The translations under genes and the position numbers were made by a program. The notes under the pieces were generated by a model. The model saw nothing but the letters and a program-made list of their open reading frames with translations, was not told where the DNA came from and did no database searches. DNA of 61,713 nt, filler included. It is 4 parts of 4 records of this genome, joined end to end, with 100 filler letters (N's around TTAATTAATTAA, not from the genome) between each part and the next. Parts side by side here need not be neighbours in the genome. Positions count along the whole stretch, not along the records: positions 25,051 to 39,833 come from SRR20825010_790; positions 39,934 to 55,178 come from SRR20825010_793; 2 more parts are not named here. The stretch is one strand, 5' to 3'. This document shows positions 38,280-48,277 of the stretch, one piece after another; position 1 is the stretch's first letter; each line of letters opens with the position of its first letter.

Positions 38280-38476
38280 TAACATGTTGGTCAGCCGGGA
38301 GATTTCGACCTTCCGGCTGATTAATTCGCCTTCCCGATCACCCTCATCGAAACATTCCATTGAGTATGCTGCGCCAATCGCTTGGCAAATGGCGGGCGAG
38401 CTTTTATGTAAAGGGCAAGACAGTAATGACCCCGTGTACGGCACTAGGCCGAACCGGCAAGATGAGGACACCAGAC

Positions 38477-39445
38477 ATGGCTGAAACCAAACACACCGAC
38501 CTGCTTATAATCGGCTCAGGCCCAGCGGGCTACACAGCTGCAATTTACGCTGCTCGCGCCAGCCTCAACCCAACTATCGTGACCGGTATGCAGGCTGGTG
38601 GCCAGTTGACCATCACAACAGACGTGGAAAACTACCCCGGTTTTGCTGACGCGGTACAAGGCCCAGACCTGATGGAGGCCATGCGCCAGCAGGCTGAAAA
38701 TGTGGGCACGGACATCGTCTACGATCTCATCACTGAAGTTGACCTCAAGGCAACGCCAAAGCGGGCTGTGGGCGATAGCGGCACGGTTTACACCGCAGAC
38801 GCTGTTGTTATCTCAACCGGCGCACAAGCCAAATGGCTTGGCCTTGAGACAGAGCAGAAGTTCAACGGATACGGCGTATCTGCCTGCGCAACATGTGACG
38901 GTTTCTTCTACCGCGGCAAAGAGGTTATTGTGGTTGGCGGCGGCAACACCGCCGTTGAGGAAGCGCTGTACCTCGCAAATATCTGCTCAAAGGTGACAAT
39001 CATTCACCGCCGCGATGAATTCCGGGCAGAAAAAATCCTGCAGGATCGCCTGTTCTCTACCAAGAATGTTGAGGTAAAATGGGATACGGTGCTCGAAGAA
39101 GTTGTCGGCACTGAAGCCCCGCTTGGTGTGACCGGTGTGAAACTGAAGAATGTGAAAACCGGCAATATTGAAGATGTGGCTGTGCACGGTGTCTTTATTG
39201 CCATTGGCCACACACCTTCAACTGAGCTGTTCAAAGGCCAACTGCCGATGGACGAAGAAGGTTATCTGTTCAAGAAGCCTGACAGCACCCAAACAGACAT
39301 CCCCGGCGTTTATGCGGCAGGTGATGTAACTGATAAAGTTTACCGTCAAGCTGTTACCGCCGCAGGCATGGGCTGCATGGCAGCACTTGAAGCTGAAAAA
39401 TATCTGGCCGAGCTGCACCACGCTGCCTCCAAAGCAGCAGAATAA
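38477..39445 (+). CDS. trxB: Thioredoxin-disulfide reductase
   Basis: GSGPAG, GGQL, CATCDG, GGGNTAVEEA, HRR, AAGDV, YRQAVTAAG. Confidence 0.97.
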   Translation: MAETKHTDLLIIGSGPAGYTAAIYAARASLNPTIVTGMQAGGQLTITTDVENYPGFADAVQGPDLMEAMRQQAENVGTDIVYDLITEVDLKATPKRAVGDSGTVYTADAVVISTGAQAKWLGLETEQKFNGYGVSACATCDGFFYRGKEVIVVGGGNTAVEEALYLANICSKVTIIHRRDEFRAEKILQDRLFSTKNVEVKWDTVLEEVVGTEAPLGVTGVKLKNVKTGNIEDVAVHGVFIAIGHTPSTELFKGQLPMDEEGYLFKKPDSTQTDIPGVYAAGDVTDKVYRQAVTAAGMGCMAALEAEKYLAELHHAASKAAE

Positions 39446-39477
39446 GCACAGCAGACCACTCGTATATTCGAGATTTC

Positions 39478-39504
39478 AAGGCGGCTTCGGCCGCCTTTTA
39501 TTTT
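39478..39504 (+). terminator. Intrinsic terminator
   Basis: AAGGCGGC-TTCG-GCCGCCTT followed by TTATTTT. Confidence 0.9.
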
Positions 39505-39645
39505 ACGCCTCAGTTTTTTTGAAACGTAGGGCGATTGTTAGTTTTCTTTTAATCGCAATCGATTACTCTGCGCTCATCCTAAGGGGGTCGAACAAAGCTA
39601 AATACATATGACGGTTGAATAAATCCCGTCAGAGGAGAATGGTTT

Positions 39646-39833
39646 GTGTTCGATGCAATAAAAAAACTTCAGACATCTGATCGCAGTGCGAGTGCATCAA
39701 TCGATGCCCTATCGCGCTCTCAGGCCATGATTGAATTCAAGCCTGATGGCACGATCCTGAGTGCCAACAGCCTGTTCCTCCAAACAATAGGCTATACGCT
39801 CGCTGAAATTGTCGGCAAGCATCACAGCATGTT
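39646..39833 (+). CDS. PAS-domain methyl-accepting chemotaxis protein, 5' fragment (contig end)
   Basis: ALSRSQAMIEF.PDG.IL.AN..FL...GY...EI.GKHHSM; AGGAG RBS and GTG start. Confidence 0.8.
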
Positions 39834-39933
39834 NNNNNNNNNNNNNNNNNNNNNNNNNNNNNNNNNNNNNNNNNNNNTTAATTAATTAANNNNNNNNNNN
39901 NNNNNNNNNNNNNNNNNNNNNNNNNNNNNNNNN
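39834..39933. other. Artificial contig linker
   Basis: 44 N + TTAATTAATTAA + 44 N. Confidence 0.98.
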
Positions 39934-40199
39934 GTATAGCGGGCTTTGGTCCAGTAATGATCTCCACGAGGCAAGAACTGTTCGTCAATTGTAAGGCTGT
40001 CATCGAAGTAATCGAAAAGGTTTTCAACATTATAGAAGACAAGCCTGACTCTTTCTTCATTTCTTGGGCTAGGATCAAATGACTCACTGGCCAAATAGGG
40101 CTTCTGACCTAGGGTGACAAAAGGCAAAAAGAATAAATAGCAACATAAGGCGAAGTTTATTTTTTTCTTTGAATGCCTAAAACACGATTGGTTAATCAT
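39934..40199 (-). CDS. Endonuclease/exonuclease/phosphatase family protein, 5' fragment
   Basis: Signal-like stretch then FYNVENLFD..DD....DE.FLP.G..WT..RY; truncated by linker; start uncertain. Confidence 0.75.
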
Positions 40200-40249
40200 A
40201 ACTTTGTCGATTGGTAAACCAAATTAGTAAAAGATAAATCATAAAGAGC

Positions 40250-41080
40250 ATGGAAATAGGTAAAAACCACGTATTAAAAGTAGCTCGTGAAGTAGATTTC
40301 GGTCTATACTTGACTAATGGCGAAGAAGATATTCTTTTACCAATGAAATATGTGCCTTCAGACACGAACATTGGTGATGACATTGAAGTGTTCGTTTATG
40401 TTGACTCACTGGGGCGTCCTATTGCCGTAACTGCTCAGCCTTTTGCTAAAGTGGGTGATATTGCCAGCTTAGAAGTAAAGCAGGTGTCCAGTGTAGGTGC
40501 CTTTATGGATATAGGCCTAGAAAAAGATTTAATGGTTCCTTTTAAGGAACAAGGTCAGAGGTTGGAGACAGGCCATAAATACGTTGTTAAAGTGCTTTTA
40601 GACTTTAAGACCAATCGAATGATTGGTACCACGAAGATTGGTCCATTCCTTAGTGCACACGAAGATGAGTTGGAAGAGGGAGATCAAGTGAGTATTCTTA
40701 TTTGGCAAGAAACCACTTTGGGTTATAAAGTGGTAATTAATAATACCTATCAAGGCTTAGTTTTTCATAATGAAATCTTCGATCATGTTGAAATTGGCGA
40801 TGAACGTTCTGGTTATGTAAAAGCCATTAGAGAGGATGGTAAGATTGATATTTCTCTACAAAAGCAGGGTTATGAAGCGGTAAAGGACATGAGTCAAGTT
40901 GTTCTTGATAAGATTAAAACTACTGGCACTTTGGCGTTAGGAGACAAAAGTAGCCCAGAAGAGATAAAATATAAGCTGGGCATGAGTAAAAAGAACTTTA
41001 AGAAAATTTTGGGTGGTTTATACAAAGCTGGTCAAGTAGACATTTTCGACCACGAGGTTCGTATAAAAGCGGAAGGTTAG
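40250..41080 (+). CDS. cvfB: CvfB/YitL S1-domain RNA-binding protein
   Basis: FG.YL, ILLP..Y, VF.Y.DS, GAF.D.GLEKDL.VP..EQ, DGKID.SL, DKSSPEEIK...MSKK.FKK..G.LYK. Confidence 0.9.
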   Translation: MEIGKNHVLKVAREVDFGLYLTNGEEDILLPMKYVPSDTNIGDDIEVFVYVDSLGRPIAVTAQPFAKVGDIASLEVKQVSSVGAFMDIGLEKDLMVPFKEQGQRLETGHKYVVKVLLDFKTNRMIGTTKIGPFLSAHEDELEEGDQVSILIWQETTLGYKVVINNTYQGLVFHNEIFDHVEIGDERSGYVKAIREDGKIDISLQKQGYEAVKDMSQVVLDKIKTTGTLALGDKSSPEEIKYKLGMSKKNFKKILGGLYKAGQVDIFDHEVRIKAEG

Positions 41081-41225
41081 CCTGAGGAGAGACTAACCTT
41101 CACATAAACTACCTATAAAACTAAAACTAACTTAAACTTAGTTTAATTAAACTAACACACTCCATTCTAAAATAGAGCGCTTAAAGCTTGTTAGTGTCTA
41201 TTGTTGCTAAAACCATAGACACCAT
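41065..41225 (-). ncRNA. Candidate U/G-rich small RNA
   Basis: 5' hairpin (GTGTCTAT/ATAGACAC, 41194-41222), repeated (T)TAGTTT units on the minus strand, and terminator hairpin 41072-41101; no ORF. Confidence 0.4.
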
Positions 41226-41247
41226 TAAATTAGGTAAAAATACTGAC

Positions 41248-41268
41248 TTGTAAAATATTATTTTACAA
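41248..41268. promoter_or_regulatory. Perfect inverted repeat TTGTAAAATA-T-TATTTTACAA
   Basis: 10-1-10 palindrome between convergent genes. Confidence 0.45.
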
Positions 41269-41339
41269 TAAATAAATTAACGTACTATTTAGGTGGTCAA
41301 ATCGTATTCCTCAACGATTAGGAAAAAATCCATTTATGA

Positions 41340-41714
41340 TTACTTAATGTCAATTTCGTTGGCGATTCCTAAGGCAGTAAAACGAATCGATAATTTTCTA
41401 GGGTTTTCCGAAGGTTGGTCGCATTTGGGAGATGGATCAATATAATACCAATAATAAGTTTGGCTGCGTTCGTAAAGCTCTTCTGCTTCAGGTTTCCCTA
41501 AGACTTCGATTATTGATTTATGATATAATGCCAACAGGTTTGGTTTGATCTTAATCAAATCTTGAATCATTTCAGCCCTTTGGTTAGAGCAACCTTCTTG
41601 ATCACCTATCCATTTTGCAGAATCGAAATCACCCACATCAATTTTCTTTGTACAACCAGTAGAAAATAAAAAGAGAGAGAATAAAGTGATGACTAATGGT
41701 TTCGATATTTTCAT
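41340..41714 (-). CDS. Lipoprotein, SmpA/OmlA(BamE)-like
   Basis: Lipobox STGC; I..VLGKP motif. Confidence 0.65.
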   Translation of the reverse strand: MKISKPLVITLFSLFLFSTGCTKKIDVGDFDSAKWIGDQEGCSNQRAEMIQDLIKIKPNLLALYHKSIIEVLGKPEAEELYERSQTYYWYYIDPSPKCDQPSENPRKLSIRFTALGIANEIDIK

Positions 41715-42949
41715 TCAAATTGGGCTTTAGCTGGCAAAGGTACTTTGCGTACTAGCATCAACCAAATTTGAAACACGATAAGAAGAGCAGTGGCAAGTAT
41801 AATCATCAGGGGAGCTGCACTCATTCCTACAAAAGCATAAAAGGCTGCGGATACAATGAGTATTAGTCGAAGAGACTCCATGACTATAGCCCAAGAACGG
41901 TTTTCAAATAATGCACCGAAGCTAACCACGGAGAAAATAATAACCCCAGCAAAAATTAACTTATCAGTGACCAGCATTTTATCTAAGTTAAACAGGAACA
42001 TAGAAGTGCCTGCAAGCAATAAGATATACTGAGCCAACACATAAACATTGAGTTTAACTGCTGTATTGGTGTTAAATTTCTCATAAGTGTTTACGTCTAC
42101 ATCTTGAGGTGCTCTATAGCCCCCCATGTATTCAGGTAGCCATCCTGGCTTCTCAAAAACATAGCGAATCTTATCACCCATTTTTGGAATGGATTTGATA
42201 TCCCCCCACATGTCGGAGTAATGCGCCATGTTTGCCCAAACTGGGTTCCAACTGTTTAAGTTTTTAGTAATGCCATAAATAGGTCTTTCTTCTTCCGCTT
42301 TGAAGGTGCCGAAAAGTTTATCCCAAACGATAAAAGTACCAGCATGATTCTTATCTATATATTTTGGGTTTCTAGCGTGATGAACCCTATGGTGAGACGG
42401 TGTATTAAATACAGCTTCAAACCACTTAGGCAGCTTATTGATGGATTCGGTATGAATCCAAAATTGATATAGGAGATTAAAGCCAGAAACCGAAACCAAA
42501 AGAACAGGGTGTACACCTATTAAAGCCATTGGGATATAAAAGGCGAATGTCCAAATGGTTTGAGTAGAACTTTGTCTTAAGGCTACAGAAAGGTTATACT
42601 CTTCACTTTGGTGATGTACACTGTGACCACCCCAAAACAAATTTACCTGATGACTCATTCGATGAGCCCAGTAATAAAAGAAGTCGTATGCAACAAAGGC
42701 ACCTATCCATACAACGGCAGAATTGGGTAAATCCATCACTTTGAACTTCTCAAATATTAGCGTGTAAACACCAATACTTAACACTTTAAGGAATGCCCCA
42801 GTCACTTGTGAAGTCACCCCACAATTGATATTTGTAATGGCATCGTTAAGCCTATATGATTTAACTGCTTGAATGCGATGTACTATTAACTCAATTCCTA
42901 TTAGTAGGAAGTAAACAGGTATTGCAATGACGGTTGGGTCTAGTATCAT
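41711..42949 (-). CDS. Sterol desaturase/fatty-acid hydroxylase family, alkylglycerol monooxygenase-like
   Basis: YYWAHRMSH, HSVHHQSEEYNLSVALRQS, YQFWIHTE, TPSHHRVHH, WDKLFGTF. Confidence 0.88.
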   Translation of the reverse strand: MILDPTVIAIPVYFLLIGIELIVHRIQAVKSYRLNDAITNINCGVTSQVTGAFLKVLSIGVYTLIFEKFKVMDLPNSAVVWIGAFVAYDFFYYWAHRMSHQVNLFWGGHSVHHQSEEYNLSVALRQSSTQTIWTFAFYIPMALIGVHPVLLVSVSGFNLLYQFWIHTESINKLPKWFEAVFNTPSHHRVHHARNPKYIDKNHAGTFIVWDKLFGTFKAEEERPIYGITKNLNSWNPVWANMAHYSDMWGDIKSIPKMGDKIRYVFEKPGWLPEYMGGYRAPQDVDVNTYEKFNTNTAVKLNVYVLAQYILLLAGTSMFLFNLDKMLVTDKLIFAGVIIFSVVSFGALFENRSWAIVMESLRLILIVSAAFYAFVGMSAAPLMIILATALLIVFQIWLMLVRKVPLPAKAQFE

Positions 42950-43125
42950 CTTAATGTATCAATGACCGAATGTATAACCTTAGTTAATAAGTTTCAAGTG
43001 TTTTTGAATATTAGCCGTATTGCATTTCTGAGACAATGATCAGCCTAAATTAATTAGGAATTTGTGCTTAAATATGTTTATGTTTAGTTTAATTCATCTT
43101 ACCAGAACATCGATCAGTACTTTTT

Positions 43126-44994
43126 ATGGAAATCATTTTTAACCAAATCTTCAATAATCCTGTAATAGGCATAGCACTGGTGAATCATGATGGAGATATT
43201 ATTAAGGCTAATAAGGCTTTCTGTGATTTACTGGAGTACACTGTCACTGAAATGATGGGGATAAATTTTGTGGAAATTACTCATTCAGAAGATATCGACA
43301 AAGACTTGCAACTTTTTGAGAAGCTGAAAAAAGGCGAAATAGACCAGTATAAGCTCAATAATAGATACATCACAAAAACAGGAGATATCATATGGGTCGA
43401 GTTAAGTGTGTTTATGGGAGAAAAGGTCGAGGGACAAGAAACTGTTATTTCATTTGTTAAGAATATATCTGAGGCCAAAAAATTACAAGATGAATTGAAA
43501 AGTCATAAAGCCAGATTTCAAGCCATTTTCGATAATACTTTTCAATTTATTGGATTGATGAATACAGATGGATCATTACTTGAAGTCAACGAAGCAATCA
43601 CGCAATTTTATGGACGAACGAGAGAAGAGCTTATCGGTAAAAAATTATGGGAAATATCTGGTTTATTAGATCAAAATGAAAAAGAAAGAAATAAAGTCAT
43701 TTCCTCAGTTCAGTTAGCGGCCAAAGGTAAGTTTGTGCGATATGACATCAAAGTGACTGGGGCCCTCATTACTGAGATGGTTGATTTCTCCATTCGCCCC
43801 ATACTCAATGATAGCGGTGAAGTAATTCTATTGATTCCCGAGGGACGAATAATTACAGAGCGCTATAACCTTCAGCGCCAACTTGAAAGTAAAACACGCC
43901 TTCTTGAAACAACGGAGCAATTATCAAGTGTTGGAAGCTGGGAATGGCTCGTCCAGCCAGATCAATTGTACTGGTCTATAGGTACCTATGATATGTTTGA
44001 AAAAAAACCATTAGACAATAGATACTTAGTGGTACAGAACTATGTTGAATATGTTCATGAAGACGATTTAGAAAGAATTCTGAAAGCCATTGAAAACACT
44101 GTGAATAATGGCGTTGACTTTAATGTAGAGCACAGGATAAGGGTAGGCGATATGGTAAAGCATATTCATGTTAAAGGTGAGTGTGTATTTGATAAATCAG
44201 GAAGGGTAATTATCGTTAGAGGAGCCGTTAGAAATCATACTTCTGAGATTCAGATTCAGGAATCTTTGATGTTGTATAATGAGCTTCTTGAAAAGAAAAA
44301 TGACGAATTAAAGCAATTTGCTTATGTAGCTTCTCATGACCTTCAAGAACCATTAAGAACCATCACCAGCTTTATTCAATTGCTAAGAATGGAAATTGGG
44401 GATGTTGAAGATAATATTGAGAAGTATTTAGAGATTATTGAAAAAGGGGCAGGAAGAATGAAAGGTCTAATCTCAGATTTACTTTCTTATTCTCGGCTCG
44501 AAAACAATGACCTGTCCATTAAAATGAATGACCTCAATGTTATGTTTATGGAGCTGGAACAGGACCTTACCACGAGTATTAGCGAATCAAAAGCCAATAT
44601 TATCATAAAAAATAAGTTACCCACTGTTGAATGTGATTTGCGGAGAATTAATATTCTATTTCAAAACCTCATTTCAAATGCCATTAAATTTAAGAAGCCA
44701 GATTGCCTTCCAGAGATTCAAGTGGATTGGAGTTTGGATAATGGGCTTTATACCTTTACGATCACTGACAATGGGATTGGAATTGATCCAGAATATTTTG
44801 AGTCTGTTTTTGACCCGTTTAGGAGATTGCACGCAAGAGCTCAATACGAAGGAAATGGTATTGGCTTGGCTTTGTGTAAAAGAGTAATTAAGCAACACAG
44901 TGGCGAAATTTGGCTTAGTTCTGAAAAAGATAAGGGTACTGTATTCCATTTCACCATACCGCAGACCATAACAAATGTTAGCCTAGGAACTTAG
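43126..44994 (+). CDS. Multi-PAS histidine kinase
   Basis: Three PAS, FAYVASHDLQEPLR, NLISNAIKF, DNGIG, GNGIGL. Confidence 0.93.
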   Translation: MEIIFNQIFNNPVIGIALVNHDGDIIKANKAFCDLLEYTVTEMMGINFVEITHSEDIDKDLQLFEKLKKGEIDQYKLNNRYITKTGDIIWVELSVFMGEKVEGQETVISFVKNISEAKKLQDELKSHKARFQAIFDNTFQFIGLMNTDGSLLEVNEAITQFYGRTREELIGKKLWEISGLLDQNEKERNKVISSVQLAAKGKFVRYDIKVTGALITEMVDFSIRPILNDSGEVILLIPEGRIITERYNLQRQLESKTRLLETTEQLSSVGSWEWLVQPDQLYWSIGTYDMFEKKPLDNRYLVVQNYVEYVHEDDLERILKAIENTVNNGVDFNVEHRIRVGDMVKHIHVKGECVFDKSGRVIIVRGAVRNHTSEIQIQESLMLYNELLEKKNDELKQFAYVASHDLQEPLRTITSFIQLLRMEIGDVEDNIEKYLEIIEKGAGRMKGLISDLLSYSRLENNDLSIKMNDLNVMFMELEQDLTTSISESKANIIIKNKLPTVECDLRRINILFQNLISNAIKFKKPDCLPEIQVDWSLDNGLYTFTITDNGIGIDPEYFESVFDPFRRLHARAQYEGNGIGLALCKRVIKQHSGEIWLSSEKDKGTVFHFTIPQTITNVSLGT

Positions 44995-45036
44995 AGTTTA
45001 TTCAGGTCTGTACAATAATATATAAACCAATCAGAA

Positions 45037-46077
45037 ATGGAAATTTTACTTATAGAAGATAATGAAAACGATGTATTCCTGATAATGGAGTACTTAAAAT
45101 TAATCGGGTTTTCAAATGCCAAAGTTACGGCATTGGCTACTTCTAAAGAAGTGAAAGAGGTTTTGAAAAACAGGACTTTTGATTTAGCCTTGTTGGACCT
45201 CACATTACCAGACACCACTGGTGTTTCTAGTTTTGAGTCTTTGATGAGTTGTTCTCCAAAGTTCCCGATCATTGTTCTTACAGGAGTAGAAGATCAAGAA
45301 ATAGCGAGAAAAATTATCCATAAAGGTGCTCAGGATTATTTAGTCAAAGGAGTCTACCAACCCAAAGATTTAATGAAGTCAATTGAATACTCCATTGAAA
45401 GACATCAATGGTTTATGGATCGATATAACATGGAGCAGAATTATATCAACGCTATTATAAAGGGGGCCGAAACGGAGAGAACAAGAATTGCCAGAGATCT
45501 ACACGATGGAGTTGTTCAAACCCTAACCATAAGTTTATTGACTGTAGACCTTCTTATTAAGAAAAACCCCGACTTTAGTGAACATAACAGTAATTTGATT
45601 GCGAAGACCAGGAAGCAATTAAAGAACTCTGTAGATGAAGTTAGAAATATTGCCCATTCGTTAATCCCAAATGCGATTCAAAATACCGGATTGAAACTCG
45701 CCTTGAGCGAATTGATGGAAGATATTCGATCACTAGCGAGTATCAATGTTGATTTCAATTATGATATTGTTTCAGAAGACCTTTCAGAAGACAAGTACAT
45801 GACTATCTATAGGGTTGTGCAGGAAATTTTCAATAACATGATCAAGCATGCGAAAGCTACTCACTGTTTAGTTTCTATGGTACAAAAAGGGGATTTTATC
45901 AATATACTGATCAAAGATAATGGTTCTGGGTTTGATCTTGAGGCTATCAAAGAAAGCAAATCGTCATTTGGTATCGATAATATTGAGAGTAGAATTAATT
46001 TATTAAATGGCACCTGCACTCTTAATGCGAAAATAGGAGAGGGTACTTCTTATGACATTAGCTTTCCTATGAGCTAA
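45037..46077 (+). CDS. Receiver + HisKA_3 (NarX-type) hybrid histidine kinase
   Basis: IEDN, LLDLTLPD, GAQDYLVK; ERTRIARDLHDG, YRVVQE..NN..KHA, DNGSGF. Confidence 0.9.
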   Translation: MEILLIEDNENDVFLIMEYLKLIGFSNAKVTALATSKEVKEVLKNRTFDLALLDLTLPDTTGVSSFESLMSCSPKFPIIVLTGVEDQEIARKIIHKGAQDYLVKGVYQPKDLMKSIEYSIERHQWFMDRYNMEQNYINAIIKGAETERTRIARDLHDGVVQTLTISLLTVDLLIKKNPDFSEHNSNLIAKTRKQLKNSVDEVRNIAHSLIPNAIQNTGLKLALSELMEDIRSLASINVDFNYDIVSEDLSEDKYMTIYRVVQEIFNNMIKHAKATHCLVSMVQKGDFINILIKDNGSGFDLEAIKESKSSFGIDNIESRINLLNGTCTLNAKIGEGTSYDISFPMS

Positions 46078-46169
46078 TGCAAGTGTAAAATTCATTTTCA
46101 TTAAGGAATCCAAAGATCAATTGTGCTTACTGGTATTTTATGTAATTTCGGTGCTTACTAAGAAATCAA

Positions 46170-46703
46170 ATGGCTATAGAAATTACAACCGCACTCAAAG
46201 AACTGACAGGGAAATTAAATGACAAAAGTTTCAATGCTTCGAATTACCTAGGAAGCATTGGTTCCGAAGAGGTTGTAAATGCCATGATCACACTGCTTGA
46301 TGACCCAAACCCAGAAACACGGTTTATGGCCTCTCGAACACTGGGCTTGATTGAAAATAATTCAGCTGCATTATCGCCACTCTTTGAGGCTTTTAAGAAA
46401 AAAGAAAACAACGAAATATTAGGCGATTTGCTCATGGCCTTAGAAGGCTTTGATGTGAGTAATAATTATGTGGAGATATTTAAACTATTCCTTTTTGGGA
46501 GTTTCAAAGTATCTAAAATAGCCGAGGACTTACTAGACCACAAAGAATTCAATATTACGGCTCGTGTACTAAAAAAGGCACAAAAACACTGGATACACTA
46601 TTCTAATAATGTAAAACATGATGAAGCCTTTGCACTTCAAAAAAATGAAGTAGAAGAAAGGTTGAATGAACTTAAAGGATTTATCGATGATTCTGAAGGT
46701 TAG
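46170..46703 (+). CDS. HEAT-repeat protein
   Basis: LLDDPNPETRFMASRTLG helical repeat. Confidence 0.65.
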   Translation: MAIEITTALKELTGKLNDKSFNASNYLGSIGSEEVVNAMITLLDDPNPETRFMASRTLGLIENNSAALSPLFEAFKKKENNEILGDLLMALEGFDVSNNYVEIFKLFLFGSFKVSKIAEDLLDHKEFNITARVLKKAQKHWIHYSNNVKHDEAFALQKNEVEERLNELKGFIDDSEG

Positions 46704-46829
46704 AGTTGATCAATGATTGACTCAGCTTTGAACCGATTAGCTAAAATTTTTCGTTTTTAATGGAGTTATTTTTATCTTCCACACGCTTATTAATTACCGT
46801 TTCATTTTTTAACACCTCAGCTTAATTCC

Positions 46830-47450
46830 ATGAAGTATTCACGAACAGTTTCACTAGCTATAATCGGCCTTGCCTTTTTAGCTTCCAGTTGTTTTTTTCA
46901 GAAAGATGATATTCACCTTTTCAATGGTAAAGACCTTGGTGGTTGGGTAAATCACGGAGAAGAGAAATGGTATGTAGAAGATGGGGTTTTAATTTGCGAA
47001 AGCGGGCCAGCTGCTCAATACGGCTACCTTTCCACAGTAGATTATTACGATGACTTTGAATTGACGCTTGATTTCAAACAAGACGCCAACGGAAATAGCG
47101 GAGTGTTTATAAGGTCCACAGTAGAAGGCACAAAAGTAAGCGGATGGCAAGTGGAAGTTGCACCTCCAGGAGACAATACAGGCGGTATTTATGAATCATA
47201 TGGCCGTGGCTGGTTAATTCAACCTGACCCTGAAAAAGACAAAGCCCTAAAAATGGGAGAGTGGAATACTATGAAAATCAGGGTGGTAGGATCAGAAGTG
47301 ACTACTTGGTTAAATGGTACTCAAATGGTCCACTTAGTGGATGAGAAAATTGGCGCTGGCAAAGGTGCAATTGCACTTCAAATCCATGATGGTGGCGGAA
47401 TTAAAGTAAGCTGGAGAAACATTATATTAACTCCAATTAAGAGTGAGTAA
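46830..47450 (+). CDS. DUF1080 (3-ketoglycoside hydrolase/lyase-like) lipoprotein
   Basis: LFNGKDL.GW, NSGVFIR, WQVE, EWN, IALQIH; lipobox ASSC. Confidence 0.9.
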   Translation: MKYSRTVSLAIIGLAFLASSCFFQKDDIHLFNGKDLGGWVNHGEEKWYVEDGVLICESGPAAQYGYLSTVDYYDDFELTLDFKQDANGNSGVFIRSTVEGTKVSGWQVEVAPPGDNTGGIYESYGRGWLIQPDPEKDKALKMGEWNTMKIRVVGSEVTTWLNGTQMVHLVDEKIGAGKGAIALQIHDGGGIKVSWRNIILTPIKSE

Positions 47451-47481
47451 CCCTTAGCTTAAGTCAAACCTTATTTCAATA

Positions 47482-48228
47482 ATGAATACATATTCAATAA
47501 CCATAAACATGAAAAAACTCTTTCTACTTACTTTTTTAGCCGCAACAGTTTCGGCTTGTAGTTCTCGTACAGAAACTGAAGATGATGGTTGGATTCACTT
47601 ATTTAACGGAACTAGTACAGAAGGTTGGAGAGCCTATAATGGAGACAAACTTCCTGAACAATGGGTAATCGAAGATGGAGCTTTGACCTTCGATACTGAG
47701 AAAAAATTGGAATCTGAGCACCAAGGAGGTAGAGACATTATTTATGCTGCTGAGGAGTTTGATAATTTTGAACTCTACTTAGAATGGAAATTGCCAGAAG
47801 GAGGTAATAGCGGAGTTTTCTATCATTTGAAAGAAGGCATTGAAGGTGGCCCTGCTGCTGTTTCTCCTGAATACCAATTATTAGATGACCTTAAGTGGGA
47901 AGAAATCAATAATGCCAAACTCGAAGAGTGGCAAAAAACTGGCGCTGATTACGCCATGCACTTACCTGATACAACACAGAAAATTGTAAAACCAGCAGGA
48001 GAGTGGAACACTACCAAAATTATCTTCACCCCAGAACGTGTTGAACATTGGTTGAATGGAAAAATGATTGTCTCGTTTGTACCTTGGTCAGACGATTGGT
48101 ATGAGCGTAAATCTGTTGGAAAATGGAAAGATTATCCAAAATACGGGTCGTTCAAAACAGGTTACATTGGTTTACAAGACCACGACAGCCCACTTTGGTT
48201 CAAGAACATCAAAATCAGAAAATTATAA
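47482..48228 (+). CDS. DUF1080 lipoprotein
   Basis: LFNG....GW, GGNSGVFY, PEYQLLDD, GEWN, IGLQDH; lipobox VSAC; true start probably ATG 47509. Confidence 0.9.
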   Translation: MNTYSITINMKKLFLLTFLAATVSACSSRTETEDDGWIHLFNGTSTEGWRAYNGDKLPEQWVIEDGALTFDTEKKLESEHQGGRDIIYAAEEFDNFELYLEWKLPEGGNSGVFYHLKEGIEGGPAAVSPEYQLLDDLKWEEINNAKLEEWQKTGADYAMHLPDTTQKIVKPAGEWNTTKIIFTPERVEHWLNGKMIVSFVPWSDDWYERKSVGKWKDYPKYGSFKTGYIGLQDHDSPLWFKNIKIRKL

Positions 48229-48277
48229 TTTATTAGCTCATTCTATCATTAATTCCTTCTTGCCTTAATTCATTGTT

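Noticed and set aside
25051-39833. High-GC block as a horizontally acquired island
   Set aside because: Bounded by linkers and contains housekeeping trxB; it is a separate contig.
39878-40087. ORFs extending through N runs (also 54942-55226 and 55231-55494)
   Set aside because: Artefacts of translation across linkers.
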